Below are positions 41,764 through 53,984 of a DNA stretch of 64,000 nucleotides, piece after piece. The first letter of the stretch is position 1; each line of letters opens with the position of its first letter. The DNA lies in NCBI GenBank assembly GCA_012295275.1, contig CM022670.1, positions 18,786,001 through 18,850,000 on the forward strand, in the 5' to 3' direction. Position numbers and translations under genes: made by a program. The notes under the pieces are model-generated. The model had not been told where the DNA came from. It saw only the letters and a list, made by a program, of their open reading frames with translations, and did not search any database. This DNA comes from Chrysomallon squamiferum (lineage: Eukaryota; Animalia; Mollusca).

Positions 41764-42935
41764 TATATTATTTTATTTTTTAGTTATTTAAGAATACAGA
41801 AGATTCAAAAAAATCAACTGAGGTAAATGTTTTTCTTTTGCTTTCATTTTCATTTTAAAATTACAAAACAATTGGAATGTGATTCATATAAATTATATAA
41901 TCCCAAACATATCAATATATGTGAGCATTAGTTTCGGAACATTAATTGCATTCACTTAATATTTATAATAAGTATATAAAAATATGTATATTTGAACTGA
42001 AGTATGTATAATATAATGAAAATAATATTATATATATATATATATATATATTATATTATTTTATTTTTTAGTTATTTAAGAATACAGAAGATTCAGAAAA
42101 ATCAACTGAGGTAAATGTTTTTCTGTTGCTTTCATTTTCATTTTATAATTACAGAATAAATAATCCCAAACACATCAGTATAAATATAATTACTTAAACT
42201 AACTCATTCAGATTCTATATTTATTATTATTTTCTTTTTTTCTCTTTTTTTTTTGTTTTTTTTTCATATTTACGTGAGCATTAGTTTTGGAACATTAATT
42301 ACATACACTTAATATTTATAATAAGCATATAAAAATATGTATATCTAAATTGTTTTCCTAGATATGTGTGTGACTGTGGTTGTGTGCCACTGAATGAAAA
42401 GTTGATGAAAAGACATTTATCAAAAAAATGTATATATAATAACACTTCTATTAATATTTAAAATATGTTGGGGGGGTTGGTATGTGTTGATTAAATAGTT
42501 ATTCCTTTGATTTTTTTGTTTTTATTGATTTTTTTGTTGTTTTTTGTTGAACAGCGGTTATGTGATGAACATTCTAGGACAGATGACAAAGACAACGAGA
42601 AACCAGCAATGAAAGTCAGTGGACATAAAAGCAGCCCCAGTGACAATAACATGAAAAGCACTTTAAATTTATCATGTAATTCAGTTTTTAAATCAGAAAT
42701 GACAGCAGCTTCAGAAAGGACAGCAGCTTCAGAAACAACGTTAAATAGTGGAATACATTCCTCTGATAAGAGATTACGAGGACCTGGAGAGTTTGATATC
42801 CAAGACAGTAGCATGTCTGGAACATGCTGTGATCTGAACAGTGGTGTATCTCATCACTATGAGATGACTGTTGTAAATAAACTTGACACTAGCTGTGAAG
42901 CTTGTCCAAGTTCTCAGGAAACTTTGTTAGTTTAA
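32149..42935 (+). CDS. gp130/IL6ST/domeless-like class I cytokine receptor family type-I membrane protein, copy 1 (~748 aa: SP-Ig-4xFnIII-TM-tail)
   Basis: Exons 32149-32212 (signal peptide MDLINIILLFGIFTVIVA), 32808-33089 (Ig: LWCTV..W..LEIRNATKNDNGIYKC), 33507-33648 (EPPAVP..NCTNFNMEYMTC), 33867-34030 (C..C..FEVEAANEIG..INPLNV), 34583-34728 (QPRPV..LNLSWTSP), 35500-35662 (LISGVLYKVCIKSKP..GTGYFSLS), 36075-36157 (VPKSGP..LYWK), 36754-36973, 37251-37405 (LKVTW..VHWC), 37627-37810 (WRIAVS..SSGLIW; weak donor), 38617-38710 (TM VIIICVSIALFILVPVFICFL), 39004-39055 (CKKKHPR), 40680-40718, 41784-41822, 42072-42110, 42555-42935. All phases are consistent (2247 nt). Confidence 0.85.
34280..34582. repeat. 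Degenerate intronic minisatellite (attatttttg.atatttcagtagttt..att..tttag.cattca.tgga..taggattt) ending at the exon-5 acceptor
   Basis: Several imperfect units; more units at 58470-58827 in copy 2. Confidence 0.7.
40040..42345 (+). repeat. Nested intragenic tandem duplications carrying three 39-nt microexons
   Basis: ~40040-40800 resembles ~40895-41915; ~41697-41985 resembles ~41987-42345. Each block contains ttttag|TTA.TTAA.AATACAGAAGATTC...AATCAACTGAG|gtaaat. Confidence 0.85.
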
Positions 42936-43788
42936 ATTCAGATTAAAATCATGGTTTCACACCGCTGCATCAAATATAAAACATAAAAACTGCTGAATCA
43001 CACATTACTGTTAATAATTTACTTACTCTATTTATTGTTTGTTTGTTTGGATTATATATTTTTTTGAAGTTTATTATTTTTATGCACTTTTATTCATAAC
43101 AGTGTTTACATGCTGTGTTTATCATAACAGTGTTTATGTGTTGTGTTTTATAAAAAATAGATTAGAACAAATCTTAAACCATATTAATGTGAAATGTTCG
43201 TAACCACCTTTTCCAGTAAGATGTTGTTTTTTAGAAATGTACACGAACCACCTTGTTTAAAATAATTCTACAGAATATTTTCATTGTTTTTTCTTTCTTC
43301 AAAACAAATTCTCTGTCCCATTCCAACCAGTGCTGTATTTTAATGTTTTATCATTTTAATTTAACCACAAAGGACACATATTCAGTTTCTATTTCATTTT
43401 AAAATATTTTCAAACAATTATCTATCTTTTGTTAAGTTTACAGCAGCTTTTTATTTTTCCCAAGCCATATAAGTGTACATTTAAAAAAAAAGAAACAAAA
43501 AGATATATTTTATGATTAAAACTAATGAGCAGTAATTAATAGGGAGCTCTCAGTAGGTTATAAACTGAAAGCTATTTTTTGTATGTTATTTTCTGTCTTT
43601 AACCTAAATCTTTATAAAATGTTGAGGCCATTAGAAAAAATGTGTGATATTTAAGTCTTGATCCAGTCATACATTTAAAATATTTTTATCTGAGTTTTTC
43701 TCATTATTGACACATTTACAGCAGTTTGAAATTAGTTTTTAATCGTTTTACAATTTAACTTTTTTATGACATTTTTTTAGTATAAATC

Positions 43789-43794
43789 AATAAA
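43789..43794 (+). terminator. Candidate polyadenylation signal (AATAAA) of receptor copy 1
   Basis: aataaa ~850 nt after the stop, followed by T/GT-rich sequence; AT-rich background limits certainty. Confidence 0.35.
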
Positions 43795-44261
43795 CTGAAT
43801 TTAGCCATTTAATGTATTTGTTATTTATTCATTAAATATTTAGAAAAGAAGAAAGTAAAAGTCTGTGTGTATGGATGGATGGATGTGTATCTACGTGAAT
43901 GTTTTTTTCTTCTAGATTGAAAAAGTTGATTTAATTTGTTCTGAATTTTTCAGCAAAGTTTATCTTTATAATCAGACAAGATACAGAGATGAGTGTTGTG
44001 TCAAAAGTTTTAAAGGATGTGAACATATCACTGTGAAGGATCACAAAGGAAAATATGAAAAAATATAGTTTTTTACTGTTTGAAAAGAAATCAATGAACT
44101 CAGTGTAATATATTGACCTTAGGTGTATGTCTTACTTGACACAACATTATTGGCTGCAGATGTCCAACAAAATTGGCGCTTAGCCAATCAGTGAATGGTC
44201 ATAACAACTACAAGGATAATCATAAATGAGTATGTTATCAGTATCGTTTCATTTTATAATG

Positions 44262-44306
<45 letters not shown>

Positions 44307-47196
44307 CATGTATATGTATATATCATTTTATAATGTTTATATATGTATATACATACATATTGTTATTTGACACTGCATAAGTCTATGTTATGGGAGTGTG
44401 TCCTTCTGCATAGTTCGGTTATTTATCTACACCTGCTTCTGAATAGTCCAGAAGAGACTGGGAACAGTGTGTTCACTGAAAATCTAAAACTGAAAAAAAT
44501 TAACATGTTAATCAGAGCAAGCTGTTGTGAAGCACTTGTGTTCACCTTTAAAGACAACATTTATAATTGTTATCCTGGAATAATTTTTATTGGAAATTAA
44601 CAAACCAAGGGAAATAATCGAGTCTCGATTTTTAACATAATTATATAACAGTTCATAAGGGGCCTGACAATCAGACGTGCTTCACAACAGCTTGCTCTGA
44701 CACGTTAATTTTTTTCCATCAGATCGAATAATAAATACTTAAATATAGGATTTAATAAAATAATAAAAAAAAAATTAGTTAAAAAGTTGTTACTGAAATT
44801 TAAAAATAGCCATTAATTGAAAAACTGAACTATGTGTTTTTCATTTTCACTTTTTGATTTCATCTTCTTCCCAAAGTGTCTTTTCAAAAATGGAAATGCG
44901 GTTGATATGAAAAGGCACAAAACCTGTGCAACCGTATGTAATTACAAAATAAAGGTTCATTGATAAATTAAATTATGCATTGCCATACCACTATCCATTT
45001 TAAAAGTATTATATTATATAAAAAAAAAAAATATTTTTAAAAATCATCAAACCTTTTCTCTCGTGTAAATATCCGAATTTCTCTCAGAATAAATAATTTC
45101 AAAGATCACCTTAAATTTAAAATAAACGATTGTAGACTGTGTTTATAATTATTTATAATTATTTTTAAGTAACGTAACCATTGTTCTAGTCTGAAAAATA
45201 ATGAAACTTTGATAAAATAATGACTCTTCACAAGTGTATTTTGAATCTTTATCAACCAATTTTACCATTCCCGCATCATCACCATAAAATCTATCGTATT
45301 CTCATATGAACAAAAACAAAGTCTCTTAAATATTACCAAGATAAAATATATATTTTTTTTATCTAAGAACGTCTCAAAACAAATGTATACAATGACGTAT
45401 ATACACACAAATCACGTTCCATCTAAGAAAAAAAAACATATAATGGATTTGTAATAGTAAAAATATTTTCTAAATCAATACGAATACGAATTCTTTTCTT
45501 TTTAAATTATTATTATTAGTAGTAGTAATATTATTATTATTTATTTTTTTTTTTTTTTTTTTTTTTATTATTGCCTAAGAAAATACAGAGTACAGATGAT
45601 ATAAAGATTTTTAAATTTAAATAACAACAACAATATACATACTGAATTATTAAAATATATACATAAAATACAGTCGTAAAATTCTGTCTGTTTTTTTTTT
45701 TTTTTAACTTTCAGACGAGCTGATGGTATTAGTAGTATTTGTAGAAGTATATGAAAATAAATTTTGGAACTATTTTTTCAGAAAAAAAATGCGAATTACT
45801 CAAAAAAATTAATGCACAACTGAAAAATGTTACTGAAACTCTCTCTATAAAAAAAAAAAAAAAAAACATTGTAAAGAAAACAAATTTTGTTCTCCTAATC
45901 ATTATTCTCTGTAGTTAAAAAAAAGTTATTAAATCTGAATTCATGGTTTCATTCTAATTAATAAAATGACTGACTGTTTTTATAATTACATTAATGTAAA
46001 AAGTCCTAATTCAGATGAAATTATGGAAACATTCATTATCTGTATAAATAATAATTGATCCGTAATTTCTTTTTTCTTTTAAGGAATAATTTTGTTGATT
46101 AACATAAAACCAGTGGGCACTTTCCCGTTCCAGCCAGTGTTATTCGACTGTTGTATTAGATGCCGCTCTATATTTTTTTCTTGTTAGTGAAAAGATGTGG
46201 ATAAAAGATTAAGTGTGGTTAATTTGAAAGAGCAGACAATGATATGGCGACAGCAAATTTAACAGTCTCGAACATACTTATCTGCTTTTTCGTAATCAGT
46301 GAAAAGCTTTATAAAAAGTATACATATATACGTCAGTCATAATAATAATCATCATCGTCATCATTTCCAATTAAGCAACACAAATAGGCAATAATTTACA
46401 CACTCGCAAGAATAATAACAATTAAAAATATGATTTTAATACTCGTAACGGCAACTGTCGTTGAAGCAAGAAAAGAAAATGTCTATTGAACCAATTATCG
46501 TATGATTTGTAATATAATATAACATTCCCAGTAAGAAATGAATCAAAATATCCTTATATGAATGGGTTTGGTTTAAATGCACCGTAACCACCACAAGCAG
46601 AATGTAACAAAATATTTATTATATTTAACTAACTTTGTTTCAAGTTTACCGAATATCTTTTCTTTTCTTTGTATATGTCTCTGTTTGCATGTTTGTACTT
46701 GTGCATCTACAAAAAGTCATCATAATTAAGTGCATATTTATCTAGTCTAATTTATTTATATATTACAAATTTTATATGATAGTTATTGATGAACTCCGAG
46801 AATTTCGAATAAATGGCTGCTGACCTGATATTTCAGTTTTGATTTTGTTATTCATTAACTAACTTATATTTCATAATGAATAATAAAATTGACCAAAAAA
46901 GTTAGGCTGTATATCTCTAAAGAATATGACATAATGTTTCAATTATCAGTTAATTTACAGATATACATGTAGATTTGTGAACTTGTTACTTTGAAAGATG
47001 TTTCTGTTTAATTTAGGTTTTTGTTGACATTACTATCAGAATATATAGAAATATCATTAAAAAGTATATCCTGTTAGTAGGATTTAAACAATGAAAATAA
47101 TATTTCTCAGTCTTTTTTCATCAAGTTTTTTCATTGTTCATTTTTCTTACATCATCCCTTCTAAAATGCTTCACAAAAAGAGAAGGAAAAAAGGAA

Positions 47197-47505
47197 TCAA
47201 TTCATTCGACCATTGTTTCTTAATACAACCCGTGGAACGCTGTAAAACCCAAACTGGGTAGCGCGAAGTCCGTTTGCTTCTGTACTTCTTGGAACCATCA
47301 TGTTTCCTGCTAGACTGGAAGACTGATCGTCGAATTTGATGAATCGGAACAATGGCGCTTTTGTTATGTACATTCCCAAATGGATGCTGGTTGAAATCAT
47401 CGGAGAACGTTTCTTGCAGTTCGTCCACTATCCTTCCATTGACCTCTGTGCGCCACATCGTCCACAGATGTAGGTTTCTCATTGGATCAAAAGTCTTGCT
47501 TAAGT
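47197..47505 (-). pseudogene. Truncated, frameshifted copy of the 8782-9186 orphan ORF
   Basis: NLSKTFDPMRNLHLWTMWRT.VNGRIVDELQETFSDD and YITKAPLFRFIKFD are split across two frames (1-nt insertion near 47371). The acceptor and start are lost by deletion of the ~9090-9430 equivalent. Confidence 0.8.
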
Positions 47506-48978
47506 TGTGAAGGGAATGGGGGAAGGCCAGATGGGATGCTAGGTGAACAGATGGATTGATGGGTTGCTTTTTGAGATACGTAAATGGATAGTTGAATGGC
47601 GTGTGCATGTACGAATCTATATTTGAATGTATGTATGTATCTATATATTTATGTATGTATGCATCTATGTATGTATGTATGCATGTATGTAAATGTGCGG
47701 GCGTATGTGTGTATGTGTGTGAGAAAGAGTGTTTGTTACTATAGTTGTTATTGAATTATATCAATTTTGAATTTCTGAAGGAAGTAAAGTTATGAGTCAC
47801 TGGTTATGCTTTATATTAAGAATATTATTATTCAACATTTCAGTGTTTATTTCAAATATGGTAAGTTAATATTGCCAAGTTTTATCTAATTCATTTTTTC
47901 TTTCGTTATTTTTATTATTATTATTTTTTTGTTTGTTGTTGGTTTTTTTGTTGGTTTTTTGGCTGTTGGTTTTTTCAAGCAATGAATTCATTATAATATA
48001 TTCTGGCGTATAATTCATTCATGTATAATCAGTACATGCACAGACCCACTAATCTTTGGCACGTCGGCCTGAAGTTAAATAGCACGGCGCCTTACTGCCA
48101 TGTCATATCAAATCAGAACTTTAAATCAACCAGATTTTGTAACAACACACATTTTAATAACATTGTCTTCACAGAAGTAGCAACAACTGAATGAGTCTAT
48201 GCAACAGAGTGGCGAAGGCTTCATATTAAGGTCAGCCTATTTCGGTTACATTTTTATTTTACGATGACTGAGCAATCCCTTTTGATTGCTACGTGTTTTT
48301 ATCTTTCCATCAACGTCTTTAATATAACGCAAACAACGACAGTCAGAAATAAAGAAATACTTTCATCTAAGTATTAAAATAATTTTACTTGTTCTATACC
48401 AAATGGCGTTAATTAAAAAAAATCAAAATAAATGATTTTATTCTTATTGCTTCTTTGTTACTGTCTTTTATTTTATTATTTTCGTTGATTTATTTAAATA
48501 ATATTAATAAATTTATACTGTGATGGATAAATGGGAACAAATAATCCTTTTATATTATTAAAGCACATTTTCAATCTGATCTACAGTTTGTAAAAACATA
48601 TAAAAATCAGAAAATTAGATAATTTTTAAAAGCAATCTAGAGAAATATCAAACTGAGATTCAAAATTTATATTATAAACATTTTAACAATTCAGAAATAA
48701 TACTCTCAAATATGCTTCCAACATAAAGTAATACAAAGCATTAAAGGTATGTTAGTTACCTTAAACTTTGAAATTAGATGGAAGTGATAACTTCAAAGAT
48801 TAATATGACCTAACAGCAGCAATTTAAAGTGACTGAAATCACCACTCCCCTCAAATATACAGCAAATGAATCAGTCTTAATGAAGTAAGGATGTTTGAAT
48901 AGATTATATTAGTAATTAAATATATTATTTGTTTTTGATGTTATATTTTTAAAGATTTATAAAGCATTACAGAGATGG

Positions 48979-49031
<53 letters not shown>

Positions 49032-49760
49032 CATACTTTAATTATTTATTTTTATTCATATATGTATATATTTTTTTTTTTTTTAAATTTCATGCTTAAT
49101 GTAAAATACTTAGTTACGTACTACATAATATAAAACCTATAAATATATATTTTGAAATATTCCACCATTATTATTTTTGCTTCCAATACAAGGTTAAATA
49201 AAAATATTTCGACTGGAATGTTGTCACAGAATGCTTTAAAACGAACACTGATGTAATAACTTCTTTTTCTTGCATCGATTAATACGTAATTAGAACACAC
49301 TTCGTGTATGAAGTCGGAATCAAAATAAGAAAATGACGTAATGTAAAAATGCCTGGAGAACACCTATTCCTCGGAAATTTGAATAATACCCATGTTTAGA
49401 AAAACAATAAATATTACAGCATACAATGTTATTGTTACGGAAAGCATTCATTAAATGCAACTTGGTGTTTACGAACACGTAAGTTCTATATATATATTTA
49501 GTAGTCTATTGTATTCAAATGGGGAATATATTTTCTCATGTATCAGGAAGATATTAATGAAAAAACGTACTGGATAGCTGACAAGTGTATATTTAGCACT
49601 ATATCCGAAATGAGTGCCAGATGATTATATTATTTTATCGACCGCTGAATATGAGATTATTATATTTTGTTACCGGTGTTTTGTAACCAAGTTAATGGTT
49701 CTCTTTGAATTTTTTTTTCTTTACTGGTTTCGTATCCAGGTTATAAACTTGGCAATGTTG

Positions 49761-49839
<79 letters not shown>

Positions 49840-50498
49840 TTTTATTATATTTTATTTTATTTTATTTTATTTTTTATTTTTTATTGTTATTATTATCCCC
49901 CCATCTTAATATTCAGTTTAACAACAGAAGTGCAATTGTTATAATTGATGATCACCCATTTCTCTGTGGACCTGTTTGGTTTAATGTTTCTTCTAGTTTT
50001 ATGAAAATGTTCAGTAATCTGTCTCCAAGAATGTGACAGTGTCAGTCCACGGATTTGAAGGGGTAAAATGTTACATTTTAAGCAACTGTTGTGATATTGG
50101 TTTGAAAACTGAAACGACAAGTTTCAACTTACTTTATTTCTGTGCGCCTATACAGTGTCCTATACCTCTTCGCACCAACCCGTCTTTCTTACAGGCGTCA
50201 TTCTGTGATTTGGCTATACCTGAGAACTTTTTTTTTTTTTTTTTTTTTGTAATTACACTGCCATATACCAAATATAGTCATTAATCTTACCTAGGTGGGC
50301 ACCTTATCTTTGAATTACTATTAGACAAAACTGTTTACAAAACAAAGTCAAGAGTTCATTGCCATGTCTGTAAACACGCTAGGACAGGACAATAGTCTTC
50401 TACCTGTAGATATTAGCAACACAGGCTTCAGACAAACATACGATTTAATTTTATAAGTTGGACCATCAGGTGAGAAACCAGAACTTTATTTTATCATT

Positions 50499-50833
50499 AT
50501 GGCCAAAACTAGGAAACCATCCGTTAAGCCAACAGAACAAATCTGTGATCATCTATGAGAGATGAATCAATTCGAAAATATCTTCTAGACTTTTGAGTAC
50601 TGTGCAATAAATGTTCTTTCATGAGTCTAACCGTAGCAGAGGAAATCGAAGACCGCATTAAACATTTATAATACCACCGTTTCAAAATTGTTGTGGTCGT
50701 TGTTATCGGTGAGAAGAAGAATCAGGGTGTCCTGGTATCAAGCAGGTGTGCATGAGAACTTTGCAACGTGTACCTATCAAAATGATCCATATTTTGCAGG
50801 GCGCAAGTGTTTGATGTATTATACATGGAATAA
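50499..50833 (+). pseudogene. Pseudogene of Tctex1-domain gene B
   Basis: ATG at 50499, TGC>TGA at codon 20 (50556), ~230-bp internal deletion (27325-27550 equivalent), TGG>TGA near 50753 and further frameshifting indels. Confidence 0.92.
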
Positions 50834-52186
50834 TGTGACTGGTTAGAAGTTAATACACAAAATGACAGTTTCATCAGATGTACGTTACATGTAGCTCAGT
50901 GGTTCGAAAAACAACAACAGCATAAAAAAAGAAAATGTATGTTAGAGCCATTAAAGAGCTAAAAACAAATCATTCTTTAACTTAAAAAAAAAAAAAAAAG
51001 ACATATTTTTTTATTTGTTGTGTTAATGTATTAGCCAGTATTCTTGATTTTTAGGTTTATAATAAATTTTTGTAATGACATGGGTTAATTCATTTACTAT
51101 TGAATTTTTAAAAGGTAGCAAGAAGTGAAAGTTTGTTGACAATACAGCAGTAATTTCAAGAATTATTGTACATAATAATTTTATGTTATAGCCTGAGTTT
51201 GTATCCACATAATGCATTTTGATTTAAGCATTTCAGAAGAAATAAAATAAAACCTAAACATGCTGTGTTTATATACTCTTTCCATTGTAAATCTTTTCAG
51301 ACTGTTGTGGTTATTCTTCAGGAACTAAATTAACGTTTCATCAGATCTTCTTGAAATATCTATTTAACAGATATTCTGTGTTATCAGTGGATACATACAT
51401 ATTCTGTTATCGCAGTGCTATTTTAATATTCACCAACTGAGCTTTGGTATTCTAGCAGAGTTTTGTGTCCTTAACTGTTGTCTGTGTGCAGAAAATGTTA
51501 ATCTTTTTAATGTGAACTTGCTGCATGATAATAAAACTGTAATAAATGTATCTATGTTTCTGTATATGTATGCGTTATAATGTATGTATTTATGTATCTA
51601 TGTATACATGTATGGGTGGGTCTGTTTGTATGTATGGGTGTTGTGTTGTATATGTGTGTCTACATGTATGTATGTATGTACGTGTAACTAACTACCTGTG
51701 CTCGTGTGTATGTGTAAGTACCTGTGCTCATGTGTATGTGTAAGTGTGTGTATTAGTGTTTGTATAACGTGTTTGATAGTTTTCTTTAGTAATATGCAGA
51801 ACACACAAATTATCAGTCTAGTTCCTGTACTAAGCAGTCATTGTTGTCTTCACATCAGCAATAAAATAATACTAGCCCTGTTAGGATGCACCATAACGGT
51901 ATATTGTATTTCTGTGTCACATGGAATGTACGAAAGCACACTCTCTATATTATCTATTATATACATAGGCCTATATAGTGAATACATATTATTTTTCCTT
52001 CGTGATGAATTTGGTTTATGTATATGGCAGAAACATTATTTGTAGTATTTAATGTTCAAAAATATTCAAGCCTAGAGAATATTCTAAATAATCATAATAA
52101 ACTTTTCAGCATTGCTTGATACTTTTGATCAGTTGGAATCGGAGTAAGATTTACAACTGAACTGTTTCCTTTAAAGACCGATCTAA

Positions 52187-52228
<42 letters not shown>

Positions 52229-52257
52229 GTTCTCTTAACACAAATAAGGAAATAAGC

Positions 52258-52445
52258 AGTAAGTTATAATTCTCTGACCTAATATTAGACTAATAGTGCA
52301 TCCTAACCGGGCGCGTACTACGCGAGCGACGCAAGCGTTATTATTTTTTTTTTTTAAACAAACCATTGTTTTCAGCTGGTGCATCCTAACTGCACGCGTA
52401 CGGCACGACAGTTTTAGCGTTCGCGTGCAGTTAGGATACAGCATT
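52258..52445. mobile_element. Short GC-rich hairpin-forming insertion (MITE fragment) specific to copy 2
   Basis: gcatcctaactgcacgcg...cgcgtgcagttaggatac inverted arms; the gtgcatcctaac motif recurs at ~52296 and inverted at ~51880; absent near 29428 in copy 1. Confidence 0.5.
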
Positions 52446-53557
52446 ACATGAACACCCATAGTTAAATTTCTCAGAAGTTAGTTACTTATATATTTTATTA
52501 TTTGTATTAACCCAATATTGTTCTTCGAACAAGGCTGAAATCTGTATTTAACGGAGCATAAAGCACATCTTGAATGACGTCGTATATATTTTTTTCTGTT
52601 TCTTTAACTTAGCAAATTGGTCATAACTAAAAAAGCCACGGACTGCAATTTAGGTTATACCTACTTGTAGAATCCGCATGTAGCTTTTTTTTTTTTTTTT
52701 TCTTCTTATTATGATATTTAATATTGCTGTACTATTTAGGTACAGTTTTTGAAAATGTCAAAAACATATTTATTATAAACCTAAATGGCTTATTTTACTA
52801 CAGTTTAACATCTCGTAATTAACCTGTATGCATCATTAAAGTAAGTAAATATGTTAACCATTCATTTCTACAAATATTCCTAACAGTATGTATTAATTAA
52901 ATATCTACTGTTGGTTAATAGCAATCCGATTTCTGAAATCACCTAACAATTAACAATAATTAGCGAGAGACAAAAGGAATTTTTGTCAGCTACGCTCTGC
53001 TGACTCAGGGAAATATATTTTGCCATATCTTTGTTTAAGTCGGAAGCAGGGAACAAATGGTTATCCTGTTTCTGTAAGCACTGTTTGATTTGTTGATCAG
53101 TTTGATTTAACCTGTATATGCTCCATAGAGAGTTAACCTGTTAGGGAAAATTAAAAGAATTAAGAATTATAGTATTTCATTTATCGCCAACTCCCACGTC
53201 CTCAACCACTAAATAATAAGTATACATGTGTAAAATATATAATTATCTTTTAATATAAATATTGTGTTTTGTTTTGGTGTTCATAATGCATACTTGATAT
53301 CTGTAGCATATACAAATATATGTATCTATTATAATCACCCGTTACAATTTGTTAATTACACAGTCAGCGGGTTCACGAAAGGATGCAATCCCTAGACAAG
53401 GAACGAGCCATATTTTAATAGGGTCGTTAGCACTTGAAAGCTAACTTCTCCATGACAATTAAGAACTATTTTATTTGGATGTATAGCGACGACGAAGTAC
53501 TACCATCGCGGCATGATGATAAATAAAACAGTTGATTCCATTTAGTTCTTGTTGTTG

Positions 53558-53616
<59 letters not shown>

Positions 53617-53702
53617 GAACGCATTGTTCATGTGCACTGTTTAATAATAAACCCAAGCTTTCTTTGTACTTGTTCAAACTGTGGTTTGAGAAATGACATA
53701 CT

Positions 53703-53713
53703 ACGCATGCGCA
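53703..53713. promoter_or_regulatory. NRF1/ewg-like motif upstream of receptor copy 2
   Basis: tacgcatgcgcag, conserved with 29824 although the flanks diverge. Confidence 0.5.
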
Positions 53714-53933
53714 GAAAAAAAAAAAAAAACACACTTTAACTGGCACAGCAACCGAAACCAAAACAACTGCTGAATACCATTTATCTTTATAATGTTTTTA
53801 GATTTGTAAAATTTAATACATATTGCTAAAAATGTTCAGATTACTTTCAGTTATCATTTTCTGTTTTAGTTTCTGTTTTGGTTTTCCGAAATGGCCAGAA
53901 CATCAGAACAACGCAGTAACTCTGAGTAAGTTG

Positions 53934-53984
<51 letters not shown>

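Noticed and set aside
34280-42345. Spaced repeats resembling a CRISPR array or other prokaryotic system
   Set aside because: Eukaryotic intronic duplications with no unique spacers, cas genes or operon structure.
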